From NCBI GenBank assembly GCA_037443035.1, contig JBBIPC010000005.1, positions 136,040-200,039 of the forward strand: a DNA stretch of 64,000 nucleotides, written 5' to 3'. Under the pieces are notes generated by a model. That model saw nothing but the letters and a program-made list of their open reading frames with translations. It searched no databases and was not told the origin of the DNA. A program made the translations under genes and the position numbers. How positions within the stretch are numbered: the stretch's first letter is position 1; each line of letters begins with the position of its first letter. Of the stretch, positions 50,161 through 60,026 are shown one piece after another. This DNA comes from Chthonomonadales bacterium. GTDB lineage: Bacteria > Armatimonadota > Chthonomonadetes > Chthonomonadales > CAJBBX01.

Positions 50161-51423
50161 ATGTCTGAAAGCAACATGATTGACCGTCGCGGGTTCCTGG
50201 TAGGAGCTGCTATTTCGGGGCTGACCATGGGTCTGCTCATAGAGGAACTGCACGCCGACCAGGCTCCCCAGGCGCCCGAGCAGCCAGCCGGTCCTCCTGT
50301 GACGTGCGCCGTTATCGGTCTCGGTGCCCAAGGAAGGGAGACCCTGAAGGTACTGGCCAAGTTGCCAGGGGCGTCTGTGGCTGCCATCTGTGATTCCTAC
50401 ACGTCGCCAGCGTATGTGAAGAGGGCGCAGGACATCGTTCCAGGTGCCGCATTCAAGGCCGATTACAAAGAAGTGCTGGCCATGCCGAACGTGCAGGCCG
50501 TATTCGTGGACACGCCATCGCACCTCCATCGGCAGATAGTGCTGGACGCCCTGCAAGCTGGCAAGCATGTCTACTGCGAAGCGCCGCTGGCCACCGATAT
50601 CGAGGATGCGCGTGCCATCGCTCAGGCAGGAGCAGAGGCCAAGACCATCTTCCAGGCCGGTCTCCAGTACCGTGCCAACAAGATGCACAACCACGCCCTG
50701 ACTTTCCTCGGTGATATGGGCAAGCCCGTCGCGGCTCGTGCGCAGTGGAATCGGAAAACGAGCTGGAAGGCCGCCGCACCCACACCCGAGCGGGAGAGGG
50801 AATTGAGCTGGCGCATCTACAAGGCAACTTCCAGCGGCCTGCCAGGTGAGGTGGGTATCCACGAGTTCGATGTGATCTCCTGGTACCTGAAAGAGCTGCC
50901 AGTAGCGGTTACGGGTTTCGGCAACCCTAACCCCAAGGACGGCATGGAGGTTCCGGACACGGTCACCTGCGTCTTGGAGTATCCGTCCGGTGTCCGCATG
51001 GTGTTTCAGGGCACTCTCAGTAATTCCTTCGACGGTGCCTACGAGCTGATCCAAGGGCCTGCCTTCGCCATGCTCATCCGCGACCAGCGTGGCTGGATGT
51101 TCAAGGAGACCGATTCGCCACTCCTTGGATGGGAGGTGTACGCTCGCAAGGACAAGTTCTACGACGAGACAGGCATAGCCCTGGTGGCCGATGCGACGAA
51201 GCTCATGAGTCAGGGCAAGGAACCAGGGAAGGTGGGTACCGACGTCAGCAAGTCCGCGCTCTACCAGTCGGTGGCAGCGTTTCTCGACTCTGTTCGGACA
51301 GGCAAGAAACCCGCGGCAAGTGCACTCGTGGGCTACCAGGCCACGGTCGTGGCCCGCATGGCGCACGATGCATGCATGACCGGTTCCCGAATCGAGATTC
51401 CAACCGACAAGCTCACACTCTGA
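50161..51423 (+). CDS. Tat-exported Gfo/Idh/MocA oxidoreductase (EAP variant)
   Basis: DRRGFL Tat motif, VIGLGAQG, TPSHLH, GKHVYCEAPLA. Confidence 0.9.
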   Translation: MSESNMIDRRGFLVGAAISGLTMGLLIEELHADQAPQAPEQPAGPPVTCAVIGLGAQGRETLKVLAKLPGASVAAICDSYTSPAYVKRAQDIVPGAAFKADYKEVLAMPNVQAVFVDTPSHLHRQIVLDALQAGKHVYCEAPLATDIEDARAIAQAGAEAKTIFQAGLQYRANKMHNHALTFLGDMGKPVAARAQWNRKTSWKAAAPTPERERELSWRIYKATSSGLPGEVGIHEFDVISWYLKELPVAVTGFGNPNPKDGMEVPDTVTCVLEYPSGVRMVFQGTLSNSFDGAYELIQGPAFAMLIRDQRGWMFKETDSPLLGWEVYARKDKFYDETGIALVADATKLMSQGKEPGKVGTDVSKSALYQSVAAFLDSVRTGKKPAASALVGYQATVVARMAHDACMTGSRIEIPTDKLTL

Positions 51424-51499
51424 CGTCAACCGATAGGACCCGCGGGCGCCCCCACGCACAGTGGCGGAACCCGCGTCGCAAAGGAGTTCTGGAAAAACC

Positions 51500-52834
51500 A
51501 TGACGCAAGACAATGCACAGGGAGCGACACGTCGTGAGCTCCTCAAGACAGCGGCAACCGCGACGGTCGCAGCAGTAGCGACCGCTGGCGTGGCCCGGAG
51601 CAGGGCATACGCGGTGGCGCCGCCGAGCGTACTCGGAGCGAACGACCGGATTCGCATCGGCTTTGTGGGGGTAGGTGGACAGGGGATGACGCACGTTCGC
51701 CTGCTCAAGGAGAACGAAGCCGACAACAACACGCAACACGTTGCAGTCTGTGACCTTTACCGGCGCAGGAAGAAGGCCGCGCAGGCGTTCTGCGGGCTGC
51801 CTGACTCAGCGGCATACGAGGATTTCCGGAAGCTGCTGGAGCGGAAGGACATTGACGTCGTCTGGATTGCCACCTCGGACAACTGGCACGCGCCGGTGGC
51901 CATCGCCGCCATGGAGGCCGGCAAGCACGTCTACATCGAGAAGCCCATGTGCCGAACGGTGGAAGAGGCTTACGCGATCTACGACACAGCCAAGCGTACG
52001 AAGCGCCTCGTCCAGGTTGGTTCCCAGGGATGCTCCGACCAGAAGTGGCATGTAGCCGGGCGCGTCGTCAAGGAAGGTCGAATCGGTCACGTTGTCCAGG
52101 CCCAGGGCAGTTACTGTCGCAATGGCAAGATCGGTGAGTGGAACTACTACACCATTGACAAGGATGCCGGTCCACAAGCCACAGGCGACGGCTACGTCAA
52201 CTGGGACTTGTTCCGCATGGGCAAGGAGCCCAAAGAGTGGGATCCCGACAGGTTCTTCCGCTGGCGCAAGTACTGGGCCTACGGCAACGGTATCATGGGC
52301 GACCTCTTCCCGCATCGGCTGCACCCGCTGGCCATCGCCATGAACCTGCCTCAGGAAGGGCTGGGAGGCTTCCCGCTCCGCGTTTCTTCCATGGGCGGGC
52401 TATACGTGCAGAAGATCAACCCCGAGACGAAACGTCCAGACCGCGAAGTCCCCGATTTCACTACCATCCAAGTGGACTTCCCCGAGGAGTGCACGCTCAT
52501 GCTCCTAGGCTCCACCATCAACGAGCAGGGCTGGCAGGACATGATCCGTGGCAACAAGGCGACCCTCTACTTCGGTGGTTCGGGCGTGCAGATCAAGCCT
52601 GAACGGGTGTGGGCCGAAGAGGTGGAGTTCGGGGAGGAGCCTGTGGAAGGTCCAGGCGAGTCCATCGAGGAGCATGAGAAGAACCTGCTGAAGTGCATCC
52701 GCGAAGGTGGACGGCCCAACTGCAACATCGATCTGGCGCTGCGGGTTCAGATCATGATCTCCCTGGGCGAGATGTCTTATCGCCGAGGAAAGACCATGCA
52801 TTTCGACCCGAAGACGCGCAAGTACTGGGGCTAG
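51500..52834 (+). CDS. Tat-exported Gfo/Idh/MocA oxidoreductase
   Basis: TRRELLK Tat motif, GANDRIRIGFVGVGGQG, GKHVYIEKPM, RWRKYWAYGNG. Confidence 0.92.
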   Translation: MTQDNAQGATRRELLKTAATATVAAVATAGVARSRAYAVAPPSVLGANDRIRIGFVGVGGQGMTHVRLLKENEADNNTQHVAVCDLYRRRKKAAQAFCGLPDSAAYEDFRKLLERKDIDVVWIATSDNWHAPVAIAAMEAGKHVYIEKPMCRTVEEAYAIYDTAKRTKRLVQVGSQGCSDQKWHVAGRVVKEGRIGHVVQAQGSYCRNGKIGEWNYYTIDKDAGPQATGDGYVNWDLFRMGKEPKEWDPDRFFRWRKYWAYGNGIMGDLFPHRLHPLAIAMNLPQEGLGGFPLRVSSMGGLYVQKINPETKRPDREVPDFTTIQVDFPEECTLMLLGSTINEQGWQDMIRGNKATLYFGGSGVQIKPERVWAEEVEFGEEPVEGPGESIEEHEKNLLKCIREGGRPNCNIDLALRVQIMISLGEMSYRRGKTMHFDPKTRKYWG

Positions 52835-52906
52835 GCCGAACAAGCCCCGACACGATGCGATAGGGTGGCATGCGTGTGCATGTCACCCTGTCGCGCCTAG
52901 GGAGCC

Positions 52907-53800
52907 ATGGGATCCGAGGGTAAACCGGCCATCGTCAGCGCTGCCTGTCGCGCCATGGCCACGCAGTTCGAGTTCCTGCTCTGGGGTGACGAGGAAGCCC
53001 ACCTTCGGGCTGCAGCGCGTCAGGCACTGGACGAAGTCCAGCGGATCCATTACCAGCTCAGTCTCTTCGAGCCGGACAGCGATGTTGCCGAGATCAACCG
53101 TCGAGCAAGTGCGGAGCCGGTGCGTACTGATCCTCGCGTGCTGGCGCTCATCGAATGGTGCAGGGGGATCTGGCAGGCCACTAGTGGAGCCTTCGACATT
53201 ACGATCGGGGCGCTCATGAGCCGCTCTGGTTTTCGTGGCGCATCCGTCTTGGCTGCAGACGCGGAGTACGAGGTTGGGATGGAGCACATCCTGACCGATA
53301 TCGAGACAGGCAGCATCATATTCGACTGCAATGGACTACAGCTGGACTTTGGGGCGGTCGGCAAGGGGTACGCCCTGGATATGGCGGCCGAGGTTCTTCG
53401 AGAATGCCGCATCGGCGGGGCCCTGCTACACGGTGGTACCAGCTCCGTCCTAGCTATCGGCCCAGATCCGCACGAGAAGCCATGGCGTGTGGCGATTCGC
53501 GATCCTGTTCGTCCAGGCACGCCGGTAGCCGTGGTTCCCATGCAGGATGCAGCTCTCGGTGTATCGGCTCCCCACGGTCGTGTGCTGAGACAATGTGATC
53601 GAGAGGTTGGTCACATCCTCGATCCCGCGACAGGGCTCTCAGCGTCGCACCATCGCATCGCAGCCGTGGCAGTTCCGTTCACGACGAACGTCATGCTGCC
53701 GGCTGCAACTGCTGATGCGTACTCCACGGCCCTCCTCGTCCGGGGTTCTGCGCTGCTGGAAGACCTACATGAGCTAGGCTTTCAAGCCTGGTTAGCCTAG
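52907..53800 (+). CDS. apbE: FAD:protein FMN transferase (ApbE family), no obvious signal peptide
   Basis: AMAT, GAFDITIG, LDFGAVGKGYALD, GHILDPATG, ADAYSTALLV. Confidence 0.9.
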   Translation: MGSEGKPAIVSAACRAMATQFEFLLWGDEEAHLRAAARQALDEVQRIHYQLSLFEPDSDVAEINRRASAEPVRTDPRVLALIEWCRGIWQATSGAFDITIGALMSRSGFRGASVLAADAEYEVGMEHILTDIETGSIIFDCNGLQLDFGAVGKGYALDMAAEVLRECRIGGALLHGGTSSVLAIGPDPHEKPWRVAIRDPVRPGTPVAVVPMQDAALGVSAPHGRVLRQCDREVGHILDPATGLSASHHRIAAVAVPFTTNVMLPAATADAYSTALLVRGSALLEDLHELGFQAWLA

Positions 53801-53825
53801 CAGGTCAGCCCGCAAGGGAGGCGCA

Positions 53826-54926
53826 TTACCAGCGAATCGGCCGCGAAAGCACTGCATCCTGCGCCACTCCATAGGCCGGATCCAGCACAGTGATCGTGGA
53901 ACGGCGTACGAATTCCTGCCGCTCCTGTTCGAGCTTCTGCCTGTTCTGAGCGATTCCCTTGACAAGCATGGCACCAATGCGGGCATCTTCCTTGGCCTCG
54001 TTCCAGGGGATCGTCCTGCGGCGCCAGACGTTGTCGCACCGAAGAACCCACCACATACGCGCCGCCTGTACCGGGCCCAGCCGGTCGCCGGGTCGCATAG
54101 CGAAAACAGCAGCCTCCGTAGCTGGATTGGTGGCGAAGAGGGATCCGCCACGACTGAAAGGTGGCATGCGTCCTCCTGCTCGACGCGAAGGGTCCTCGCT
54201 GTAGCGGGTTGCCACAACGTTCCAGGGCACACCCATGGCGAGCTCCCGCAAGGCCTGGCGTGCTGCCTCCTCGGTACTCGTCGCCACCGCCGTCACCTGG
54301 ATCTCGTCGGGTATGTAATAACGCGCCGTGGGGTTCTTCGGGTCGGCATTGCGCTGGTAGAACGCCCTTACCTCTTCTGGTGTAACCTCGATGCCGCGAA
54401 TCAAGAGATTGGTCTGCGCCATGTCCAGCGTCAGCTCCTCCTTGAAGACCTCTTCGGACATTCCCCAGACTGCCAACCGTTCCAGGTAGTCCGGCTTCGC
54501 TCGTTCCACCTCCATCCTCTTGTTGATCTGCTCATCAGTCGGCCAGCACCTCTTCGCCTCGGCGAACTGGCGGGACAGTTCGTACACGGCGAAACGGCTG
54601 ATCTCCTCCAGACCGTATCGCTGCTCCAGGCGATTCCGGAGGTCGTCTTGGCGAAACGGCGTGCCGTTGATCGTGAGCAGCAGGACCGTCGCGGTCTTGT
54701 GGTAATACGCTCGGGCCGCGAACGCGCCAGCAACTCCTCCGACGGCGAACGCAGCGAGGGTGAGAATCGTTGCCCAAAGGTACCAGCGCGTCGGCTCGGC
54801 CACCCACTCTCCGGGACCCACGCGTCGCAACCGGAATCCAGGCGGCAAATCTCCTTCGGGCCTTTCCCTGCCAAAGGCGAATGGATCTTGTTCCGGTCGT
54901 CGTCTCAGCCACATGTCTTTCTCCAA
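53826..54926 (-). CDS. PrsA/SurA-like parvulin-type foldase
   Basis: TM anchor, INGTP, VTPEEVRAFY, VATRYSEDPS..GG, AVFAMRPGD..GPV. Confidence 0.75.
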   Translation of the reverse strand: MEKDMWLRRRPEQDPFAFGRERPEGDLPPGFRLRRVGPGEWVAEPTRWYLWATILTLAAFAVGGVAGAFAARAYYHKTATVLLLTINGTPFRQDDLRNRLEQRYGLEEISRFAVYELSRQFAEAKRCWPTDEQINKRMEVERAKPDYLERLAVWGMSEEVFKEELTLDMAQTNLLIRGIEVTPEEVRAFYQRNADPKNPTARYYIPDEIQVTAVATSTEEAARQALRELAMGVPWNVVATRYSEDPSRRAGGRMPPFSRGGSLFATNPATEAAVFAMRPGDRLGPVQAARMWWVLRCDNVWRRRTIPWNEAKEDARIGAMLVKGIAQNRQKLEQERQEFVRRSTITVLDPAYGVAQDAVLSRPIRW

Positions 54927-55157
54927 GGTCCCAGTTACAGCATGGGATGTGCCAACAGACCTGCACTACCAGGACACTACCGGCGATGTCCATCGAGGAC
55001 CAGCCTGCTCTGGCTTTATACCACGCGGCCAGGATTGCGGACATGCCTGAGCAAGAGCGCCTGGTCGAACGCTGGGCGCTATGGAGCGTAGCCCGCGCGT
55101 AGAGTACGTGGTGGTATAAGTATCCAAACGGATTGCACAGGAAAGGATCAGCACGCA

Positions 55158-56111
55158 ATGGAGTACCGGAAACTGGGATCCAGCGGCCTCAGAGTGAGCG
55201 AAGTGTGCCTCGGTTCGTGGCTCACCTACGGGGGAGCCGTTGACGACAAGACCGCCGAGGCTTGTGTGGACAAGGCCTTCGAGGTAGGGATCAACTTTTT
55301 CGACACGGCTAACGTCTACGCAGGTGGCAAGGCGGAGGAAGTCTGGGGTCGGATCTTCCGCAAGTACGACCGCGACGACTACGTCATCGCCACGAAGGTC
55401 TACTTCCCCATGGGAGATGGCCCCAACGATCGTGGGCTGTCCAGGAAGCACATCGTCGAGCAGTGCGAGCGGAGCCTGAAGCGCCTCGGGCTAGACTACA
55501 TTGACCTCTATCAGTGCCATCGCTACGACAACGAGACGCCGCTGGAGGAGACACTGCGCGCGCTGGATGATCTCATCACCGCAGGCAAAGTGCTCTACAT
55601 CGGCTTCAGCGAGTGGCCCGCATCTCGCATCGCCGAGGCAGTGGGTATCCAGCAGCGCATGGGCTTCGACCGGTTCGTGTCGAGCCAGCCCTACTACAAC
55701 ATCCTCGGAAGGGGAATCGAACGCGAAGTGATGCCAACATGCTCGCGGCATGGTATCGGGCAGATCGTCTTCTCACCCCTCGCCCAGGGTGTGCTTACTG
55801 GCAAGTACCTCCCCGGACAGCCACCGCCGCCCGGCACTCGCGCTGCGGATCCCCAGCAGAACATGTTCCTCAACCGCGGGCAGCTCGACGATGCAGTGCT
55901 GCAGAAAGTCCAGCAACTCAAACCGCTCGCAGAGCGGGAGGGGTTGACCATGGCCCAGCTTGCGCTTGCGTGGATCCTTCGGCGCGAAGAGGTCTCCAGC
56001 GTCATTATCGGCGCTTCGAAGCCCGAGCAGATCGTTGACAACGCAGGCGCATCGGGCAAGAAGCTCAGCCCAGAGACCCTGGAGGAGATTGACCGGCTCT
56101 TCCCGGCGTAG
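55158..56111 (+). CDS. Aldo/keto reductase (Kv-beta-like)
   Basis: MEYRKLGSSGLRVS, FDTANVY, IATKV, LDYIDLYQCH, FSPLAQGVLTGKY. Confidence 0.95.
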   Translation: MEYRKLGSSGLRVSEVCLGSWLTYGGAVDDKTAEACVDKAFEVGINFFDTANVYAGGKAEEVWGRIFRKYDRDDYVIATKVYFPMGDGPNDRGLSRKHIVEQCERSLKRLGLDYIDLYQCHRYDNETPLEETLRALDDLITAGKVLYIGFSEWPASRIAEAVGIQQRMGFDRFVSSQPYYNILGRGIEREVMPTCSRHGIGQIVFSPLAQGVLTGKYLPGQPPPPGTRAADPQQNMFLNRGQLDDAVLQKVQQLKPLAEREGLTMAQLALAWILRREEVSSVIIGASKPEQIVDNAGASGKKLSPETLEEIDRLFPA

Positions 56112-56205
56112 GTGCGATACACCGCGTTCTGGCCGTCAGGCGGTTGTGCCAAGGCTAGGCAACGACGGCCATGGGGGCACGAAATGACCGTCTGGCGGCC
56201 AAGGA

Positions 56206-56670
56206 TCACGCCGAGGCAGGCGGCTTCGCGTTGCCGAGTCCGGCCTCCAGAGCCTCCACACGCTCCAGGATGACATTCAGCGCACGGTCTTGCTCGAGAA
56301 GGTGCGCCTGGATCTGCTGGGCCTCATGCAGGACCGCCTCGGCATCCTTGTAGGTCATCTCAGCTCGTCGGTCGGCTGCTTGGCCCAGGATGTTCTGGCC
56401 GACCATGATCACGGAAAGCATGACCAGTTGGATAAAGGTCTGACTGATCCACTGGATGAAGGTGAGCAGCCCACCCCGTATCGCCTGTGGAGCGACGGAT
56501 AGCGCCAGGGCTGCGAACAAGTACGCGCACCACATGCTTCCGACTGCACGAGTCAGGACGAGGGCGATTCGGCCGTTGAGGCCGATCTGGGCTTGGCGAA
56601 CACGCACCGGGCCAGCAGCCTTCCTGGCTTCCACATGGGGATGCGGCACATGTCGGAAACCCACTCGCAT
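56206..56670 (-). CDS. DUF1003-like membrane protein
   Basis: TRAVGSMWCAY, QLVMLSVIMVGQN. Confidence 0.7.
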   Translation of the reverse strand: MRVGFRHVPHPHVEARKAAGPVRVRQAQIGLNGRIALVLTRAVGSMWCAYLFAALALSVAPQAIRGGLLTFIQWISQTFIQLVMLSVIMVGQNILGQAADRRAEMTYKDAEAVLHEAQQIQAHLLEQDRALNVILERVEALEAGLGNAKPPASA

Positions 56671-56753
56671 CGTTCTCGACCCCCCTTTTTCCCGTCATTA
56701 CCTCTTGCCTGCAGCCATGTTCGGTTCAGACTGGACCGTCCGCTCGTTGGCTG

Positions 56754-57554
56754 TTATGGATCCCAGATCACTGCGTTCGCGATCAGTCGCGCATACGCCT
56801 CGTTCCGAAACTCCTCGGCCGTGTGGCCGGGCATGAAGTACACGACGTGCCCCTTCCCAAGGCGTCGCACCCAGCCGGCTGTCGGTTCTGTCCAGGTCTT
56901 GCCGGAAGCCGCGTCCACGTAGCGGTAACCGAGCAACGTTGTGCGATCTCCCGTCAGCCGGTGGTGGATGTAGACCTCCGAATGGGGAAACACCATACCT
57001 GGTCTGGAGGTCACGTTGCCGCGGCGGTCCGTAAAGGGGACTTGCGCCGGATATGTCATCCTATGGTTCGTGATGAAATGGCGCTGCGCTAGGTTGCAGA
57101 CCTCCAGAGTGACGCCCTCGATCCACTTGTAGCCGCCATTCTCGACTTCTCCTGGCGGCAACTCGACTCCGAGCTTCCGGAACCACTCGCGGTTGGCGCG
57201 CTTGCCGGAGCTAATGGAATGATGCAGCAAGATGAGCCTGCCACCGTCCTCCGCATAGCGAAGAAGGGCGCTCTCGGCGTGTGGGTCCAGCCGCCCGTGG
57301 ATGTAGACGATGACGGCTCGCAGCTTCGCGAGGCTTTGCGGCAAGGAGTCCTGGGCAACTAGGTCGCACTGCAGGTCCTCGAGAGACCGCAAGTGCTCAG
57401 CCAGAACTTCCATCGCAGGAAGCTCGTCGGCAACAATGAGAACCCGGTCCGTTACAGAAGCCTGCTGTTTGTCCATGGGAGCAGTGATCGGACTCATCGC
57501 GGTCATCAGGGCAACTGCCCGCACGAGCACGCCGAGCCAATCTTCCACTGCCAT
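56754..57554 (-). CDS. ThuA-like (class I GATase fold) protein
   Basis: YAEDGGRLILLHH, GKGHVVYFMPGH, LIANAVIW; AAAGGAGG SD. Confidence 0.75.
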   Translation of the reverse strand: MAVEDWLGVLVRAVALMTAMSPITAPMDKQQASVTDRVLIVADELPAMEVLAEHLRSLEDLQCDLVAQDSLPQSLAKLRAVIVYIHGRLDPHAESALLRYAEDGGRLILLHHSISSGKRANREWFRKLGVELPPGEVENGGYKWIEGVTLEVCNLAQRHFITNHRMTYPAQVPFTDRRGNVTSRPGMVFPHSEVYIHHRLTGDRTTLLGYRYVDAASGKTWTEPTAGWVRRLGKGHVVYFMPGHTAEEFRNEAYARLIANAVIWDP

Positions 57555-57605
57555 TCCTCCTTTCCGGAGAATCGGGAGGCCTCCCGATCCCGCGGCACGG
57601 CACCG

Positions 57606-58280
57606 CTACCGCTGCAACTTGCCCTGATCGGGAAAGGCAGTGCCTGCATCCCATTCACGGGCGAAGCCGTTCCAGAGGTCGTCCAGTGCCATGCCGGTCA
57701 GCTCCTGCCACAAGCTGTCGCTGTAGCTGGCCTTTCGAAGCGCAGCGTGCAGTGCCTTGACGGTGCCCGGGTGTCGCTGCTCGGTGTAAGCCAAGAACGC
57801 GCCTGCGATGCGGTAGCCCTCCTTGTAGCTGGAGCGGCTCATGGAGCGGGGTAAGCCAAGAGGCTTCTGCTCGAAGTGCCACCAACGCACATAGTCTGCG
57901 ATGCCCTCTACAAGCCAGCTAGGATCGTACCTGGGATAGCCCTGGATGATGTGCACCAGCTCGTGGATGACCAAGCCCTTATCTTCTGGGTGCCGCATGA
58001 TCCAGTCCGTATTGATGTGGATCGTTGCTCCGGACGTGCCTGCCACCCCCTCACCGGGTCCATAGACCAATCGAATCGCGGGTGGCTTCTCAGGTGGGGT
58101 GCCTAGCAGAGCCACGATCTTGGGATACCATTGCTCGACCAGACGCTTGCTCTCCCTGGCCCATGCTCGTACGTCCACAACGCGCGAGGTGTCCACCGCG
58201 ACCGATGCAGGTCGTGAAGGAACCTGAGCCCCTGGCGCCATGGTACCAAGGGCAAGTACTGCCATGGCGGTAGCTAACAC
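57606..58280 (-). CDS. Basic secretory protein (BSP) family zincin peptidase
   Basis: Signal peptide; HELVH, WLVEGIADYVR, YKEGYR..AFL, TGMALDDLW. Confidence 0.85.
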   Translation of the reverse strand: MLATAMAVLALGTMAPGAQVPSRPASVAVDTSRVVDVRAWARESKRLVEQWYPKIVALLGTPPEKPPAIRLVYGPGEGVAGTSGATIHINTDWIMRHPEDKGLVIHELVHIIQGYPRYDPSWLVEGIADYVRWWHFEQKPLGLPRSMSRSSYKEGYRIAGAFLAYTEQRHPGTVKALHAALRKASYSDSLWQELTGMALDDLWNGFAREWDAGTAFPDQGKLQR

Positions 58281-58387
58281 TAGTCTAGCCTCCTAATGCC
58301 GCACGATATGGGGATATCTGTGCCACACGAGATCGGAACGTCGGCTGAGCAATCCCGGAACCGGCGCATCTTTCCTTCCGACCAGTA

Positions 58388-59893
58388 TTATCGCACCAGC
58401 AGCAGGGCCGGCAGCGAAACCACGACAATGCGCGGGTCGGCGACGGGTTGCGCGTCGTCGCGGGATACCAGCAATCCGAATGGTGCGTTGTTGACAGACT
58501 TCTCCAGAAACGCGCGCAGGCCAAGCGTGTCTCTCAGCGGATCGAGAACGCGCCGGTACTTGACCTCCACCGGTATGCGCTTGTCGCCGATGGTGATCAC
58601 GAAGTCCACCTCAGGTTCACCCGCGCGCTCGGGCAAGTGGGCCACGCTCGGGCCGTTCAGTGAGCACAGGTAATACCCAACGACGCTCTCGGCGATGCGT
58701 CCTGCCAGATCGTTCAGGTGCGGCGCGGCGTCGAGGCGCCGCACATCAAGCGGTATCCGTTCCTGCAACCAGGCTGCTCGTAACGCATGGTCGCACAGGC
58801 ACAGTTTGCTGTATCCGCGCCGCCGCTTGAGTCGCATTTCCAGCGGCTCGATGGATCGAATCAACAGGCTCCGGTCCAGGAAATCGAGATAGTGCCGGAT
58901 CCGCTGCGGGCCCACATTGGCGTCCAGAGACAGTTGCGCCTCGGCAGCCAGCGTCGCCGGATTGGGGCTCTGACCGACGTAGCGGCACGCCATCCGGAAC
59001 ACTTCCTCAAGCAGTTGCGGATCGCGCTTGCGCCCGATATCGCCGATCCTCAGGTCGTGTTCAATGACGCGCCGGACCACCGTCTGGATGAGCTGATCGG
59101 CAATCTCCGGCCACGACACATCGGCGTTGGCCTGGGCCGTCGGGTAAGCGCCACGGTCCGAAAAGGCAGTGAAAGCCTCCGTGAGTAGAGGCCGTTGCCG
59201 GTCAGCATGCTCCCGGAGCGAGCGCCAGAAGTCGGCATCGAGCCATTCGGCCCAGCCGTTCTCCCTCTGCATCGGTTGGAGTTCACCCAGACCTCGGATA
59301 GCCGCGATCTCCGCGATACGGAGAGGCCCCACCTCCATCATGTGGATGCGTCCTGCCAGCGAATCGCGGCCGAGACCAATCCGCAATGCCGAGCTGCCCG
59401 TGACCATAACCCGCGCGGTGGCATGGTCCACGAGCGCCTTGATCTGCACATCCCACGACGCGAGGTTCTGAACCTCGTCGAAGAACAGGTAGGCCGGCGA
59501 TCCCGAATGCGCAGCGTCGTTGAGCGATGATCCAAGGATGACCTGCTCGAACCAGTCCACGATCCGCAGGATCGGCTCGTCGTTGGCTATGCCGCGGAAC
59601 GACGGCAGTTCGTCAAACTGAACTCGCAGAATGCGCGCAGGCGCGATGCCCGTGTCAAGGAGGTCCCGAATGACCTGCATTTGCAGCGTGGTCTTGCCGA
59701 TCTGGCGGGGACCGCGAATCACAAGAACCGGCGCGATCGGCTTGTCGAGGCGCTCACGCAGCTTCTGATACGGCCACCGGCGGAACGGCGGCAGGACAGG
59801 CAGAGACTGTCCCGACCACCACGGGTTCTGGCGGTGCAGGTCGCGGACCACCATGTCGGGTAACGACAACTCGCTGAACAAGCCAAGTCTCAT
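58388..59893 (-). CDS. AAA_14 ATPase with DUF4143 / PD-(D/E)XK-like C-terminus
   Basis: QNPWW, GPRQIGKTT, FFDEVQ, TGSS, SLAGR, EVDFV..IPVEVK. Confidence 0.88.
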   Translation of the reverse strand: MRLGLFSELSLPDMVVRDLHRQNPWWSGQSLPVLPPFRRWPYQKLRERLDKPIAPVLVIRGPRQIGKTTLQMQVIRDLLDTGIAPARILRVQFDELPSFRGIANDEPILRIVDWFEQVILGSSLNDAAHSGSPAYLFFDEVQNLASWDVQIKALVDHATARVMVTGSSALRIGLGRDSLAGRIHMMEVGPLRIAEIAAIRGLGELQPMQRENGWAEWLDADFWRSLREHADRQRPLLTEAFTAFSDRGAYPTAQANADVSWPEIADQLIQTVVRRVIEHDLRIGDIGRKRDPQLLEEVFRMACRYVGQSPNPATLAAEAQLSLDANVGPQRIRHYLDFLDRSLLIRSIEPLEMRLKRRRGYSKLCLCDHALRAAWLQERIPLDVRRLDAAPHLNDLAGRIAESVVGYYLCSLNGPSVAHLPERAGEPEVDFVITIGDKRIPVEVKYRRVLDPLRDTLGLRAFLEKSVNNAPFGLLVSRDDAQPVADPRIVVVSLPALLLVR

Positions 59894-60026
59894 AGTCGGT
59901 GCTCAGGTAATGGAACCGGCTGTGTCCCGTTGCCAGTCATGCCGTTCCGAAATGCGATTGTTGATGGATGGTACCCAGAACTCGGGTCCGGCGTTCACGG
60001 TGACCATCGTTGCGTCTCGGCGGCTT

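Noticed and set aside
53798..53826. CAGGTCAGCCCGCAAGGGAGG resembling SRP RNA domain IV
   Set aside because: Lacks the AGCAG side of the conserved loop and the long stem; only about 25 nt are available between convergent genes
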